56,620 bases of DNA from IMG/VR virus record IMGVR_UViG_3300031566_000038. The stretch is one strand, 5' to 3'. The stretch's first letter is position 1, and every line of letters starts with the position of its first letter. Of the stretch, positions 37,446-47,393 are shown piece after piece. Below the pieces are notes generated by a model, which had not been told where the DNA came from, searched no databases, and worked only from the letters and a program-made list of their open reading frames with translations. This DNA is from a virus. The translations under genes were made by a program, and so were the position numbers.

Positions 37446-37856
37446 TTAAGCGCCTAACTTAGTCTTGAGGTGTTCCAAAGCTTCAGGTCTCGGTTCTCCA
37501 CTGTCGTTTAACAACCCACGAGCTTTAAAATCTCTGTCGATTAAGGATCGGAGGTACTTGGAAACTTTACCCGTAGAGGTTTCGGAACCGTGATCCAATT
37601 TCGCTAGCGTTTTAAGGCTCTCAGAATAAAAAGGCACCTTCTTCTTTGGGATGTAAAACGTGATACTGTGGATTCGATCGTCCTTAACTTTAGCTTTCTT
37701 GGCAACAGCTTTCTTGGCAACTATTTGGGGTGGAACCGACGCAGTAACCCCAGATTCAACGACATTAGTCATGGAAACTCCCTCTTGGAACAATAGATTT
37801 TCTGGAAACTCTAAGACATAATACGAATGTAAAATACCGATGTCCAGACAATCCAT
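37446..37856 (-). CDS. hypothetical protein with basic stretch KKAVAKKAKVKDDR
   Basis: 136-aa ORF. Confidence 0.45.
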   Translation of the reverse strand: MDCLDIGILHSYYVLEFPENLLFQEGVSMTNVVESGVTASVPPQIVAKKAVAKKAKVKDDRIHSITFYIPKKKVPFYSESLKTLAKLDHGSETSTGKVSKYLRSLIDRDFKARGLLNDSGEPRPEALEHLKTKLGA

Positions 37857-37959
37857 TATTAAAAAGCCAGATAATCTAATAAGTTGTGTAGTAGAGTTTT
37901 TCTAAAGGTGTGATTTTAAAATAGTAAAACTATGATTTTGCGAAAGCGTAAAACCTAAT

Positions 37960-37981
37960 TAGTAGGTTAGATAACCTACTA
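37960..37981. promoter_or_regulatory. inverted repeat TAGTAGGTT-agat-AACCTACTA (operator-like)
   Basis: 9-bp perfect arms in the divergent region upstream of 38022. Confidence 0.4.
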
Positions 37982-38021
37982 TGCTTACTTTATAACCAAC
38001 TTAAACTTTGGGGGTATAGTC

Positions 38022-39620
38022 ATGGGTAAGACCGTTATTGTAGAGGAGAAAGCTTCAAATTTTTCCAGTGGAACCTCTGCCGATAGTTTCGGTGTGGGTA
38101 ACAACACAGCAAATAAAACCTACTACAAAAGTTTCCAACCGGACTTTGATCCATATATAGCTTACGATCCCGTGCTTCAGACTTGGGTACGTAGAGATTC
38201 CGAGGCTTCGGTCGAGATTCCTTTTGCTGATGCTACCGCTTCCGAGGAAGAAAACTTTGTAGCTACAGAGATCGGTTTCCACCATACAAACCAAAAGCCT
38301 CTTACACCGGCATACGGCTTGGATGCTATTACCAATTTAGTGGACTCTGGTCTTTCGGTGGTGAAAGTATCCACAACCGCAGGGGCCAACAACCACGACA
38401 AGCTTATAGCGGCGATTGCTTCGGCGAGTGCTGGGGATATCGTGTGGGTAGATATTGCTAGCTTCGCAGAAACGTTTGATGGTGGGGAACTCGTTATCAA
38501 CACCCCCATCCACCTAGTTGGTTATAACGGAGATCCAGCCGAAACTATCATAACGATGGGTACGGGGACTGTAGGGGCTTCTCAATCATGCCTACGCTTA
38601 AATGTTGGTGGGACAGGCCCTTTGTGGAAAGATAGGGTTGTTATCAGCGGAATTACCATCGACGGTGCAGGGATTAATACCACCGACGACGGAATCAACG
38701 TTACCGGTTTTCATGCTGTCTTAGTTGATAAATCATATGTTACTTACGAAAATTGTGTAGCCAAGAACTGCTACGGTTTTGGTTTTAATTTAGAGTCAGT
38801 AAGCACCACCACCGACTTTGTTTTTAAGGACTGCGTGGCTTCATATTGTGCTCATGGTTTCAAAGCTGGTGGTGGGACAGTAGAAGACATGAAGATCCTT
38901 AATTGTGTAGCTCACGACAATCGCCACCACCCAAGCTCAAGCGGCACCACAGGTAGTGGTTTTTTTATTCGACCACTATTGATTCGGTTCATTATGAAGG
39001 ATTGTGCTTCTATCTCGAACCAAGAGCACGGCTTCAGCACCGAACAGTTCACTTGTGACAGCCTTGTAGAAAATTGTTTGTTCGAAGGTAATGGCTGGGA
39101 CATAAATGCTTTTAACCCTTCCGGTTGTAAGATATCCCAAGGGGATGGGGAAGAGGTCGATGGCTTAACGTTCAAGCGGTGTGTGTTCCGGCATAACGGT
39201 TTGAGAGCACCTTTCACAGACACGGACGGTAACGATCGGGGTATAGGGGTTCTATTCAAAGTCAAAACTGCTACTTCGAAAGATGTGCTGTTCGAAGAGT
39301 GTACGTTCGACAATAACGGTCATATCGGCATACACTGGCATGGCCGAGACGGTGAAGCCCCCACTACATCCAATTTTGTCGTGAAGGATTGCAATTTCTA
39401 TAATCATGAATTTGCTGGGCTGGGTATGGATAACCTGGGGTCTACGGAAAACCAAATTATTACGGCTACCGGTAACTATTGGGGCTCTACGGACGGGGCT
39501 AGCGGTACAGGCCCAGGCACCGGGGACGCTACCTTAACCTCTACTCCCTACGGAGCTAAGCGGGTAGCGAACGAAGGTGAAACACTCCAAACTTCGATCA
39601 TTGTTTTGACAATCGATTAA
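38022..39620 (+). CDS. right-handed parallel beta-helix protein (pectate-lyase fold; tailspike/depolymerase-like)
   Basis: Repeated PbH1-like segments NCYGFGFNLES, NCVAHDNRHH, CVFRHNG and CTFDNNGHIGIHWHG. Confidence 0.65.
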   Translation: MGKTVIVEEKASNFSSGTSADSFGVGNNTANKTYYKSFQPDFDPYIAYDPVLQTWVRRDSEASVEIPFADATASEEENFVATEIGFHHTNQKPLTPAYGLDAITNLVDSGLSVVKVSTTAGANNHDKLIAAIASASAGDIVWVDIASFAETFDGGELVINTPIHLVGYNGDPAETIITMGTGTVGASQSCLRLNVGGTGPLWKDRVVISGITIDGAGINTTDDGINVTGFHAVLVDKSYVTYENCVAKNCYGFGFNLESVSTTTDFVFKDCVASYCAHGFKAGGGTVEDMKILNCVAHDNRHHPSSSGTTGSGFFIRPLLIRFIMKDCASISNQEHGFSTEQFTCDSLVENCLFEGNGWDINAFNPSGCKISQGDGEEVDGLTFKRCVFRHNGLRAPFTDTDGNDRGIGVLFKVKTATSKDVLFEECTFDNNGHIGIHWHGRDGEAPTTSNFVVKDCNFYNHEFAGLGMDNLGSTENQIITATGNYWGSTDGASGTGPGTGDATLTSTPYGAKRVANEGETLQTSIIVLTID

Positions 39621-40681
39621 TCCCGGCTATAACCTTCAGCGGGCACCCCACGGGTATCGGCTGGTTTGCCTTGATTCATCCGCACAGGCCTTAGTTTGGC
39701 TTTCGCTCGCTTAGGCTTGGTGGTTGATTTAGAAGTTTTTTGGCCGCCTTCTTCGACCGAGAACGACTTCAAACCGCAATCCTTGCAAACATTGGTGTTC
39801 TTCTTGAACTTACCCCCACAATGTTGGCACTCTGGATTCTTAGCGTTGTAGGTTTTGGTATGTAAGACAGAAATGTGACGACCGAATTCATCGATCTGAT
39901 CGTTCATATACCAGAACAACAAACGAAATTGGTATGGAATCTTAGGTAGAACCTCTTCCAATTTTTCATCGTCCACGTCTAATTCTTCGTTGACGAAGGC
40001 CTTGCGATCTTTTGGCTTGATTTTCTTCTTCAACTTTTCAGCGTAGAACTTCGGGTCAATCAAAACAGCGTCCGTTTTGATGCAAGAGGTCAAAAGTTTG
40101 CGGAACCTAGCCGGGACTTCAGCCGCTTTGTCCATTAGTTCTTCCGCCGTCAACGGCTCTATTGCAAATTTGAAATCCGTCTTGAGGAACACCCGGAAAT
40201 CGTCTATCAGCATCGCTCGGTGGAAGAAGCGGCCACGTTTTACCACTACACCTCTATCCTCCAGCTTACCCCTTATGGACGCCTTGACTTCAGCTTCTTG
40301 AGCTTGCAACCCAGCTAACGCTCGTTCATAGCGCTCTTTTAAAGCGTTCACCTTCAAGTCTATTTTATCAAGCTCGGCACAACCAGCACCCACCGCCAAC
40401 TTGACCTTCGCAGGGATATTTTTGTTGACCTTGACAATGTCGTAGAAAACCACGTAGCCTGTTTTTTGATTGCCGACCTTGGGCAGCTTTTTGACGGTAT
40501 GGGTCGAGCGCATAAGCTTATCTTTTTCGTCATGCTCAAATTCCACCCCACGAGACGCAAGCAGCCCCACCGCTTCCCTGTAGATCGTATATAGTTGATA
40601 ACCCTCGTCGGTCTTTTCGTAACCTACGTAATACTCTAGTTTTAGTGCTGGTTTCGTCTTCGCTGTCATGCTTGCCCCCAA
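39617..40681 (-). CDS. hypothetical protein with C-terminal zinc ribbon
   Basis: CQHCGG...CKDCG near the C-terminus. A cluster of inverted repeats lies upstream. Confidence 0.55.
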   Translation of the reverse strand: MGASMTAKTKPALKLEYYVGYEKTDEGYQLYTIYREAVGLLASRGVEFEHDEKDKLMRSTHTVKKLPKVGNQKTGYVVFYDIVKVNKNIPAKVKLAVGAGCAELDKIDLKVNALKERYERALAGLQAQEAEVKASIRGKLEDRGVVVKRGRFFHRAMLIDDFRVFLKTDFKFAIEPLTAEELMDKAAEVPARFRKLLTSCIKTDAVLIDPKFYAEKLKKKIKPKDRKAFVNEELDVDDEKLEEVLPKIPYQFRLLFWYMNDQIDEFGRHISVLHTKTYNAKNPECQHCGGKFKKNTNVCKDCGLKSFSVEEGGQKTSKSTTKPKRAKAKLRPVRMNQGKPADTRGVPAEGYSRD

Positions 40682-40799
40682 AAAGGTTACCTCACAAAAC
40701 CCTTTTCGGTTCTATAGCGAAATCACTTTAGCATTTTTTACGGATTTGTCTTACAAAATATATAAGATGTTGTTTTTATTAGGTAGGGGAAGGGGCCGC

Positions 40800-40825
40800 A
40801 ATTTGAGTGGGAATACACTCAAATT
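40800..40825. promoter_or_regulatory. inverted repeat AATTTGAGTG-n6-CACTCAAATT (operator-like)
   Basis: 10-bp perfect arms. The core TTGAGTG recurs in a second inverted repeat at 40842-40865. Confidence 0.45.
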
Positions 40826-40899
40826 GTGCCGATGTGCGGTATTTTGAGTGTACTTCTACTCAAAAAGATTAATACGTGAACCCATATTAATCTTTTTAG

Positions 40900-41385
40900 C
40901 TAGCTAAGAGAAGATAGTGGCTCTACTACAGAGGAGGCTTTTACCTTAGCTTCTTTTTTCTTAGACTTTCGTTTGGTGGTGTGTTTGGTTTTCGATCCTT
41001 TAGGCCGCCCGGTTTTCTTCTTAGCTTTGACGGTATCGTCGATAGCTTTGATTATTGACTTGGTTAAGACTGGGCTAGCGTCAGTGGTTTTCTCGCTAGG
41101 TACTAGGACTGCATGAGAAGCTTTTACGGTTGGGAATTCCTTTTCGGTGATCTCTTTGACTACTTCGATAGCGTTGTCTACGGCTTGAGCCAAAGTTGTT
41201 TCGACTACACTAACTTTTTCAGCTTTGACATCGAGCATCACCAGAGCTAATTGGTAAGCTGTTTGCCCGAGCATTTTAAAATAGTCGGTGTTGTAAGAGT
41301 TGGGATTCTTGGCGATCATCCCGCTGATAATTACGCCTACCATTTGATCTACATATTGAGCTTCTGCTACCGTAAGTTCACGCAT
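40900..41385 (-). CDS. basic protein with AT-hook-like tail (DNA-binding)
   Basis: Start chosen at the ATG with a GGAGA RBS 6 nt upstream. The C-terminus reads KAKKKTGRPKGSKTKHTTKRKSKKK. Confidence 0.5.
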   Translation of the reverse strand: MRELTVAEAQYVDQMVGVIISGMIAKNPNSYNTDYFKMLGQTAYQLALVMLDVKAEKVSVVETTLAQAVDNAIEVVKEITEKEFPTVKASHAVLVPSEKTTDASPVLTKSIIKAIDDTVKAKKKTGRPKGSKTKHTTKRKSKKKEAKVKASSVVEPLSSLS

Positions 41386-41458
41386 ACCCGTTCTCCGTAT
41401 AATTCTTTTGAACATCCTTACTTTTAGATAACAGAGGAGCATCCAAAATTTCCCCTTC

Positions 41459-41869
41459 GTGAGGTTCCCTAATATGGGTGACGTAACTTATGTTCAGCAA
41501 TTAGAAATCGTAGCTGGTAAAAGTCCCGGTAGTGCTGGGGCGGCTATTAGAGAAAAAGACTTTGAAATATCCCCCGCTGAAGTCTTAGAATTTTCAAACA
41601 TCAATGAAAGCTCTTCCCACCGATACGTGATCGAAGACGGCACGGTAGATTCCGATCTATGTGCTGGTACTATCGCTTTGATTAAAGTTATGGTGATCCG
41701 CCCGGACGCTGACTTGGATGTCAAGTTGGTGAATGCCGCTGGAACATCTCAAAACATCACATTTACCGGAGGTCGTACCTCGATCATCCACGCCAACCTT
41801 ACCCAAATTTTAGTCTCGAACTCGTCTGGGGATGCCGTAAAAGGGATCTTTTTCGTTGCTGGTGACTAA
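41459..41869 (+). CDS. hypothetical protein
   Basis: 136-aa ORF. Confidence 0.5.
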   Translation: MRFPNMGDVTYVQQLEIVAGKSPGSAGAAIREKDFEISPAEVLEFSNINESSSHRYVIEDGTVDSDLCAGTIALIKVMVIRPDADLDVKLVNAAGTSQNITFTGGRTSIIHANLTQILVSNSSGDAVKGIFFVAGD

Positions 41870-41911
41870 AACATTTCTATAGTGTTACAATTTAATCGAA
41901 AGGGTTTCTTA

Positions 41912-42187
41912 ATGGCCAACCTTAAAGCCGTTCAACCCATTGCGGACACGCCCGAATTTCCACCCGAAGTCATCGAGAAGATGAAAAACCAAGTCAAATT
42001 ACTCCACGAAGGTTTCATCGTCTATATCAAAGACGTGAAGGACAGCAAAGAAGATTCGAACCATGTGACCGTGAAGGTGACCCTACTCTCTAAAGTCAAT
42101 ACTATGTCGGTCTTTGGGGATATCGAACTAAGGTTCACCAAACAAGCGATACCAATGCTCAAGCAACAATTGAGCAAGGTTAGCTAG
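41912..42187 (+). CDS. hypothetical protein
   Basis: Start moved to MANLKAV, which has an AAAGGG RBS. Confidence 0.45.
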   Translation: MANLKAVQPIADTPEFPPEVIEKMKNQVKLLHEGFIVYIKDVKDSKEDSNHVTVKVTLLSKVNTMSVFGDIELRFTKQAIPMLKQQLSKVS

Positions 42188-42242
42188 CCATAGTTAATTT
42201 GGAGACTAAGGCTATACCCTAATCTCCAATATTGGCGTTGAT

Positions 42243-44813
42243 ATGAGCATTCGATTTTCCGGCATTTTGACGATCGATACCGTAACGGTAGTAACATCGC
42301 CTTATGTAGTAGAAGCTACATTTTCCGATTCGAGGGGCTATTTCGATGAAACTTTGATTGCTGTCGATAACGTGATTATCGACGCAAACAAAAATCGTTA
42401 TGTAGTCACCGACGTTACTAGCGTTACACCTTTGATCCTAGAATTAGAGTGGGACGACCTCGATGCGCCCGCCCAACCCACCACGGGCGATGGTATTATC
42501 GGTGTGGTTTCTTCCGCTAGGGAGCTTTTAGAAGTTACCCCGGACGCACCAACCGGTGTGGCAACCGCAGCCCGTAACATCGATTTCTTCAAAAACTTAG
42601 ATACCACACCAGATCTAGTTACCGGACCCGCTGGAGTCGCCGGAGCTACCGGCTTTGGCTTCGGCCAACAAGGTCTCACCGGCCCTTCCGGCGCTACAGG
42701 TATCGCAGGTATCATAGGACCACAAGGTGGCACAGGGCTAGCGGGTGTGGCTGGTGTGGCGGGAGCCGTCGGGACCAAAGGCGCTACCGGTCTCGGTGGG
42801 ACCAAAGGCGCTACCGGTACTAAAGGCAGCAACGGCACCCCAGGTGTTGACGGTGTAACAGGCCTTACCGGAGCCGTAGGAGCAATCGGAAGCACTGGTA
42901 TGGTAGGTTCCCAAGGATCTCAAGGTCTCACTGGAATTGACGGGACCAAAGGTGACACCGGAGCGGGCGGTTTGGTTGGCGACACCGGAGCGGGCGGCCA
43001 ACAAGGCCTAACCGGATTATCAGGTTCCACTGGTCTTCAAGGCGTCCAAGGCAACATAGGATCGCAAGGTACGACCGGAACAAGCGGTGCTACAGGATTA
43101 CTAGGTGGCACAGGTTTAATAGGTCAAACAGGGGTTTCGATAACCGGCCCACGAGGACACACCGGACCTTTCGGTCCTACAGGTTTAGCGGGAAGCACCG
43201 GAAGCCAAGGTGATACGGGTTCTCTGGGACTAAAAGGCGATACAGGCGTAGCGGGGACCAACGGCACCACCGGAGCGGGCGGCCAACAAGGGCAAACGGG
43301 AGCGTTAGGTCAAACCGGAGCCGATGGGGGTGTAGGCCAACAAGGTATCACAGGATTCGGCGGTACTACAGGCTTACTAGGAAGCACCGGAGCAACAGGA
43401 ATCCAAGGGTCCGTAGGCCAACAAGGTCTCACAGGCCCCGCAGGTGTAGGCGTAACAGGATCACAAGGTCAAACAGGTGCCGTAGTTCAAGGTGATACTG
43501 GAGTTTCGATAACCGGTCAGACCGGTTTGGCAGGACCGACGGGTAGTCAAGGATCGACAGGCCCGTTAGGTCTTGTTGGAGCCACCGGAGCAAGCGGCAC
43601 CAAAGGCGATACAGGTACGATCGGCGTACAAGGAAATACAGGCCTTAGTTTGCAGGGAAGCACAGGCCTTCAAGGTTCACAAGGTACAACCGGATTCAAT
43701 GGTAACGCTGGCTCTACAGGCGTAGCTGGCTTGCAAGGTGATACGGGTACAATAGGTGGTCAAGGCTCTGCCGGTGCTACAGGCGTTAACGGTCTTCAAG
43801 GGATAACTGGCGGTGTTGGTATTCCCGGTGAAACCGGAACACAAGGTGTAGTAGGAAATGCGGGAGCAACGGGTGTTGTCGGTACTCAGGGTATAACAGG
43901 ATTAAATGGTACTACAGGTATAGTAGGTAGTACAGGTGCTACTGGAATTAGCGGAGCCACCGGAGCCTTTGGAGTAATCGGAGCTACCGGAAGTCAGGGC
44001 ACCACGGGCGTAGCTGGAATCCAAGGAGCCCAAGGTTCCACCGGAGCCCAAGGCCAACAAGGAAATACCGGCCCAATAGGCACCACAGGTTCTATGGGTT
44101 CGCAAGGACAGCAAGGTCTGACCGGTGGACTCGGGCTCCAAGGTTTGACGGGATTATTAGGCGGCACTGGCGTACAAGGTGGCGTAGGAGTTGATGGTAC
44201 CACCGGGGTGAAAGGGCCTACAGGAGTACAGGGAGCGACGGGTCAACGAGGCTTCACAGGCATAGGCATTATAGGACCGCCAGGACCGATAGGCTCCACC
44301 GGATTCACTGGAACTACAGGTGTTCCCGGCGAAACTGGTGCTGGTTTACAAGGCCAAACCGGAGCGGGGGCCACAGGTCCAGAGGGTCACACAGGTGTCC
44401 AAGGAATTGCGGGAGCCACCGGCCCACAAGGTATAGCCAGAACCGCTTACAACTGGACGATCTCCAATAGTTCAGGTTTAATCGTTGGTACTTATATCGT
44501 TTACTTTGCGATGGAAGCGGTGACGATCGACGAGGTCGTGGTGACGATGATTAATTCAGGTACAGGCGGCACCGGCGCAACCCACTTTGAATTCTATAAA
44601 TTGGGAGCTTCCATTTTACCGACTTCACCACCGGTCGGTACCGGCGACTTCACGGTCATCATCCCGGCAGCGGGCGTGACGGTTATGAACGGCACCAAAG
44701 TAACCACCTTAGCTTTAGGTTTGGCCCTAAACGAATCTTTGGTAGTAGGGATCTCAGCGGCCCCGGACACCCCAGGTAATAACGCTTTGATTTCGATTCG
44801 AGCTTTGTTGTAG
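42243..44813 (+). CDS. collagen-like triple-helix repeat protein (fibre-like)
   Basis: About 600 aa of Gly-X-Y repeats rich in T/Q/A/V, from roughly residue 125 to 730, flanked by non-collagenous N- and C-terminal domains. Confidence 0.75.
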   Translation: MSIRFSGILTIDTVTVVTSPYVVEATFSDSRGYFDETLIAVDNVIIDANKNRYVVTDVTSVTPLILELEWDDLDAPAQPTTGDGIIGVVSSARELLEVTPDAPTGVATAARNIDFFKNLDTTPDLVTGPAGVAGATGFGFGQQGLTGPSGATGIAGIIGPQGGTGLAGVAGVAGAVGTKGATGLGGTKGATGTKGSNGTPGVDGVTGLTGAVGAIGSTGMVGSQGSQGLTGIDGTKGDTGAGGLVGDTGAGGQQGLTGLSGSTGLQGVQGNIGSQGTTGTSGATGLLGGTGLIGQTGVSITGPRGHTGPFGPTGLAGSTGSQGDTGSLGLKGDTGVAGTNGTTGAGGQQGQTGALGQTGADGGVGQQGITGFGGTTGLLGSTGATGIQGSVGQQGLTGPAGVGVTGSQGQTGAVVQGDTGVSITGQTGLAGPTGSQGSTGPLGLVGATGASGTKGDTGTIGVQGNTGLSLQGSTGLQGSQGTTGFNGNAGSTGVAGLQGDTGTIGGQGSAGATGVNGLQGITGGVGIPGETGTQGVVGNAGATGVVGTQGITGLNGTTGIVGSTGATGISGATGAFGVIGATGSQGTTGVAGIQGAQGSTGAQGQQGNTGPIGTTGSMGSQGQQGLTGGLGLQGLTGLLGGTGVQGGVGVDGTTGVKGPTGVQGATGQRGFTGIGIIGPPGPIGSTGFTGTTGVPGETGAGLQGQTGAGATGPEGHTGVQGIAGATGPQGIARTAYNWTISNSSGLIVGTYIVYFAMEAVTIDEVVVTMINSGTGGTGATHFEFYKLGASILPTSPPVGTGDFTVIIPAAGVTVMNGTKVTTLALGLALNESLVVGISAAPDTPGNNALISIRALL

Positions 44814-44836
44814 AAACCTTACGTACCAATAAAAAT

Positions 44837-44876
44837 ATCCCGGCTTGGTAGGCTTCTACTGACCGGGATTTTTTTA
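44837..44876 (+). terminator. rho-independent terminator
   Basis: Stem ATCCCGG/CCGGGAT with a 19-nt loop, then a T7 run. Confidence 0.5.
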
Positions 44877-44970
44877 ATTTTATAGCTTGAAAAAGCGGCC
44901 TCGACCTTTAAAAGAATAGTAGACGCTACTGATTTTCGTCTAAACTATTTAACGCTAGAAGGATACTACA

Positions 44971-45963
44971 ATGACTGCTACAAAAAAAGTTACCGACAAG
45001 AACACCAAGAAACAGATCTTAGATGTTTTGGCTGACACCCAAGCCGAACTCCGGGCTGAGAAGTCTAAGAGCGGGGTAAACAAGCGTGCTGATTTGAAAG
45101 TTGTACAAGAGCAAGAGGTCGTGGAAAAGGTCAAGGCAGCTTCGGTCGAAGAAACGATCAAGAACTTCCGGGTCGAGCTTAACAAAGGCCTAGCCGGTTT
45201 CGAACAAAAGCTCTTAGAGAAGCAAGAAGAGTTCGAAAATATCCAAGAAGCGATCGATATTCAAAAGACTAGCCTCAAAGACATCCACGAGATCAGCCAA
45301 GAAGCCGACACGCTGGATGCTTTGCTAAGAGCCCAAGAAAAACAAGAAGAAGAATTCAATAATTCCATGAATGAAACTCGGTTAGTATGGGGTAAAGAGC
45401 AACAAGACCATGCTAAGGAGCTTCAAGAAAAAGAAGCCGAGCTTCGGAAGACCCGCACCAGGGAGCAAGAAGAGTATTCTTACGATCAAAAGCTCAAAAT
45501 CAAGAAGGACAAGGACACTTACGAGGCTGAAAAAGCTGTAAGAGAGAAAGCTCTTAAGGACCAAGAGCAAATCGTTTTGGCGGATCTCAAAATAAGAGAA
45601 GATGCTTTGATCGCCAAAGAAGAAGAAGTCGCTGCGCTGAAAGCTACGGCTGACAAATTTGAAGAAGTTAAGCTAGCAGCGGTAGAAGAAGCGGTAGAAA
45701 GCGCTTTGGGTCGTGAAAAAAGCTCCCGGCACTTCGAAGTTTCAGCTTTGAAGAAAGATCAAGAGTCTTCAGCCAAGATTCTCGACCACGAAAACAAAAT
45801 CTTGACTGACCGAGTAGCCGAGCTTACCGCACAAAACACCGACCTAAACAGCAAACTGCAAAACTCTTACGCTGAAATTCGTCAGGTCTCTGAAGCTGCC
45901 ATCACAGGCGCAGCACAATCTAAAGTTTATGTGACCAACGAATCATCCAAGACCGGTAAATAG
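44971..45963 (+). CDS. E/K/Q-rich coiled-coil protein
   Basis: 330 aa. Heptad-like charged repeats throughout. Confidence 0.6.
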   Translation: MTATKKVTDKNTKKQILDVLADTQAELRAEKSKSGVNKRADLKVVQEQEVVEKVKAASVEETIKNFRVELNKGLAGFEQKLLEKQEEFENIQEAIDIQKTSLKDIHEISQEADTLDALLRAQEKQEEEFNNSMNETRLVWGKEQQDHAKELQEKEAELRKTRTREQEEYSYDQKLKIKKDKDTYEAEKAVREKALKDQEQIVLADLKIREDALIAKEEEVAALKATADKFEEVKLAAVEEAVESALGREKSSRHFEVSALKKDQESSAKILDHENKILTDRVAELTAQNTDLNSKLQNSYAEIRQVSEAAITGAAQSKVYVTNESSKTGK

Positions 45964-45981
45964 ATCTAGTTGAATTTAAAC

Positions 45982-46016
45982 AAAAGGCCTTTGCTTTAAA
46001 AGTGAAGGCCTTTTTT
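45982..46016 (+). terminator. rho-independent terminator
   Basis: Stem AAAAGGCCTT/AAGGCCTTTT with a 13-nt loop, then a T-run. Confidence 0.6.
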
Positions 46017-46270
46017 AATTAAAAAGAAATTCACCTTCGAACCGTTGCGGCTCAACGCATTAATGAGATGTAGTAGAACACGTTATAGAAACTCCTTGCG
46101 GTGTTAAAATCCGATGTTAGATTATAACTATTCCGAACGTTCAGGCGGAGGGTACGGGGAAGGGCTACAGTCCTTTTTTTTAGTGGGGAAGTCCCCCTTT
46201 TTCCTTCAAGGTCTATTCGGAACTTACGCTCCCGGTGTGGGAGTTAACAATTGAAAAGAGGGAGACTCTT

Positions 46271-47383
46271 ATGATTCTCAAGCGCAAACCTTATCGTGTG
46301 TCGATCGTCCTTGGTCGATTTCAAGTTTTCCACAAAGCCCACAAAAGATTATTAGACGAAGCGTTCACGTTGGCGGATATCGTTTTGGTTGTTTTAGGTT
46401 CGCACCAAGCGGCTTTGAACATCAAAAACCCGTTCACCACCGACGAAAGAGAAGAGATGATCCGCAAGGTCTACCCCGACCGAGATATCCATTTCGTGGT
46501 GGTGCCGGATCATATGTACGACGACGACCGCTGGCTCCTAGAAGTTCAAGCCAAGGTCCGGCAAAAGATTACGGCGCTTGGGATCGAAACTGAAATTGTC
46601 ATCCGTCCTTGGGAAGATCGAGCGGTAGCCCCTCCCAAAGTGAATAAAGATATTTGTATCTGCGGCTACTACAAAGATTCGAGTTCTTATTACCTCGACT
46701 ACTACAAAAACATATGGGGTTTCGAAACCCACGTAGCTTCTATCAACATTTCTAGCACCGACATCCGAACCGCTTTGTTTACCGATGGGCGAGTCCAGCC
46801 TGAGCAAAGTAATTTGCATTGGGCGCAACAAGTTCCCGACCCGGTCGTGGATTGGGTCTCTGCTAATTTTTTAGGCACTCCAAAGTTTGACTACCTCAAA
46901 GAAGAGTACGATTTCCTTGTTGATTATAAGGAGAAGTGGAACCCTACGGGCGATCGGCAATGGATCACCGGGGACGCTATAGTGGTTCAAAATGGTTTGG
47001 TCTTGATGGTGATTCGAAAAAATATGCCTGGCAAGGGGTTGTGGGCTTTACCTGGCGGTTTCATCAAGAAAACCGAAACGATCGACAACGGGGTGCTTAG
47101 GGAACTCAAAGAAGAGACCGTGATCGGGATGCACAAACACGAGCTTCGCAAACACTTCGTGGGTAGTGCAGTGTTCGACCACCCTGACAGAGACCTCCGG
47201 GGTAGGATCGTAACTCACGGGCACTTCTTCAAGCTGGGGAAGGACATCCCGCTACCGCACGTCAAAGGTAGCGACGATGCTTTGAAAGCTTTTTGGGTGC
47301 CGATAAACGAAGTCATCCAGAACGCCCACAACGTCTACGGCGATCATATCCATATCCTAAATTATTTGTCTCGTTTCAACTAA
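46271..47383 (+). CDS. nadM: bifunctional NMN adenylyltransferase / Nudix hydrolase (NadM/NatV-like)
   Basis: N-terminal LGRFQVFHKAH (GRFQPFH nucleotidyltransferase motif). Nudix box GGFIKKTETIDNGVLRELKEETV. GAGGGAGA RBS. Confidence 0.75.
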   Translation: MILKRKPYRVSIVLGRFQVFHKAHKRLLDEAFTLADIVLVVLGSHQAALNIKNPFTTDEREEMIRKVYPDRDIHFVVVPDHMYDDDRWLLEVQAKVRQKITALGIETEIVIRPWEDRAVAPPKVNKDICICGYYKDSSSYYLDYYKNIWGFETHVASINISSTDIRTALFTDGRVQPEQSNLHWAQQVPDPVVDWVSANFLGTPKFDYLKEEYDFLVDYKEKWNPTGDRQWITGDAIVVQNGLVLMVIRKNMPGKGLWALPGGFIKKTETIDNGVLRELKEETVIGMHKHELRKHFVGSAVFDHPDRDLRGRIVTHGHFFKLGKDIPLPHVKGSDDALKAFWVPINEVIQNAHNVYGDHIHILNYLSRFN

Positions 47384-47393
47384 GAGGTCTGTT

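Noticed and set aside
42398-44203. Four antisense ORFs (42398-42895, 42738-43004, 43902-44141, 43994-44203) inside the collagen-like gene
   Set aside because: They are artefacts of GC-rich Gly-X-Y repeats read on the opposite strand (Pro/Thr/Gly-rich low complexity) and are nested entirely within a well-supported gene.
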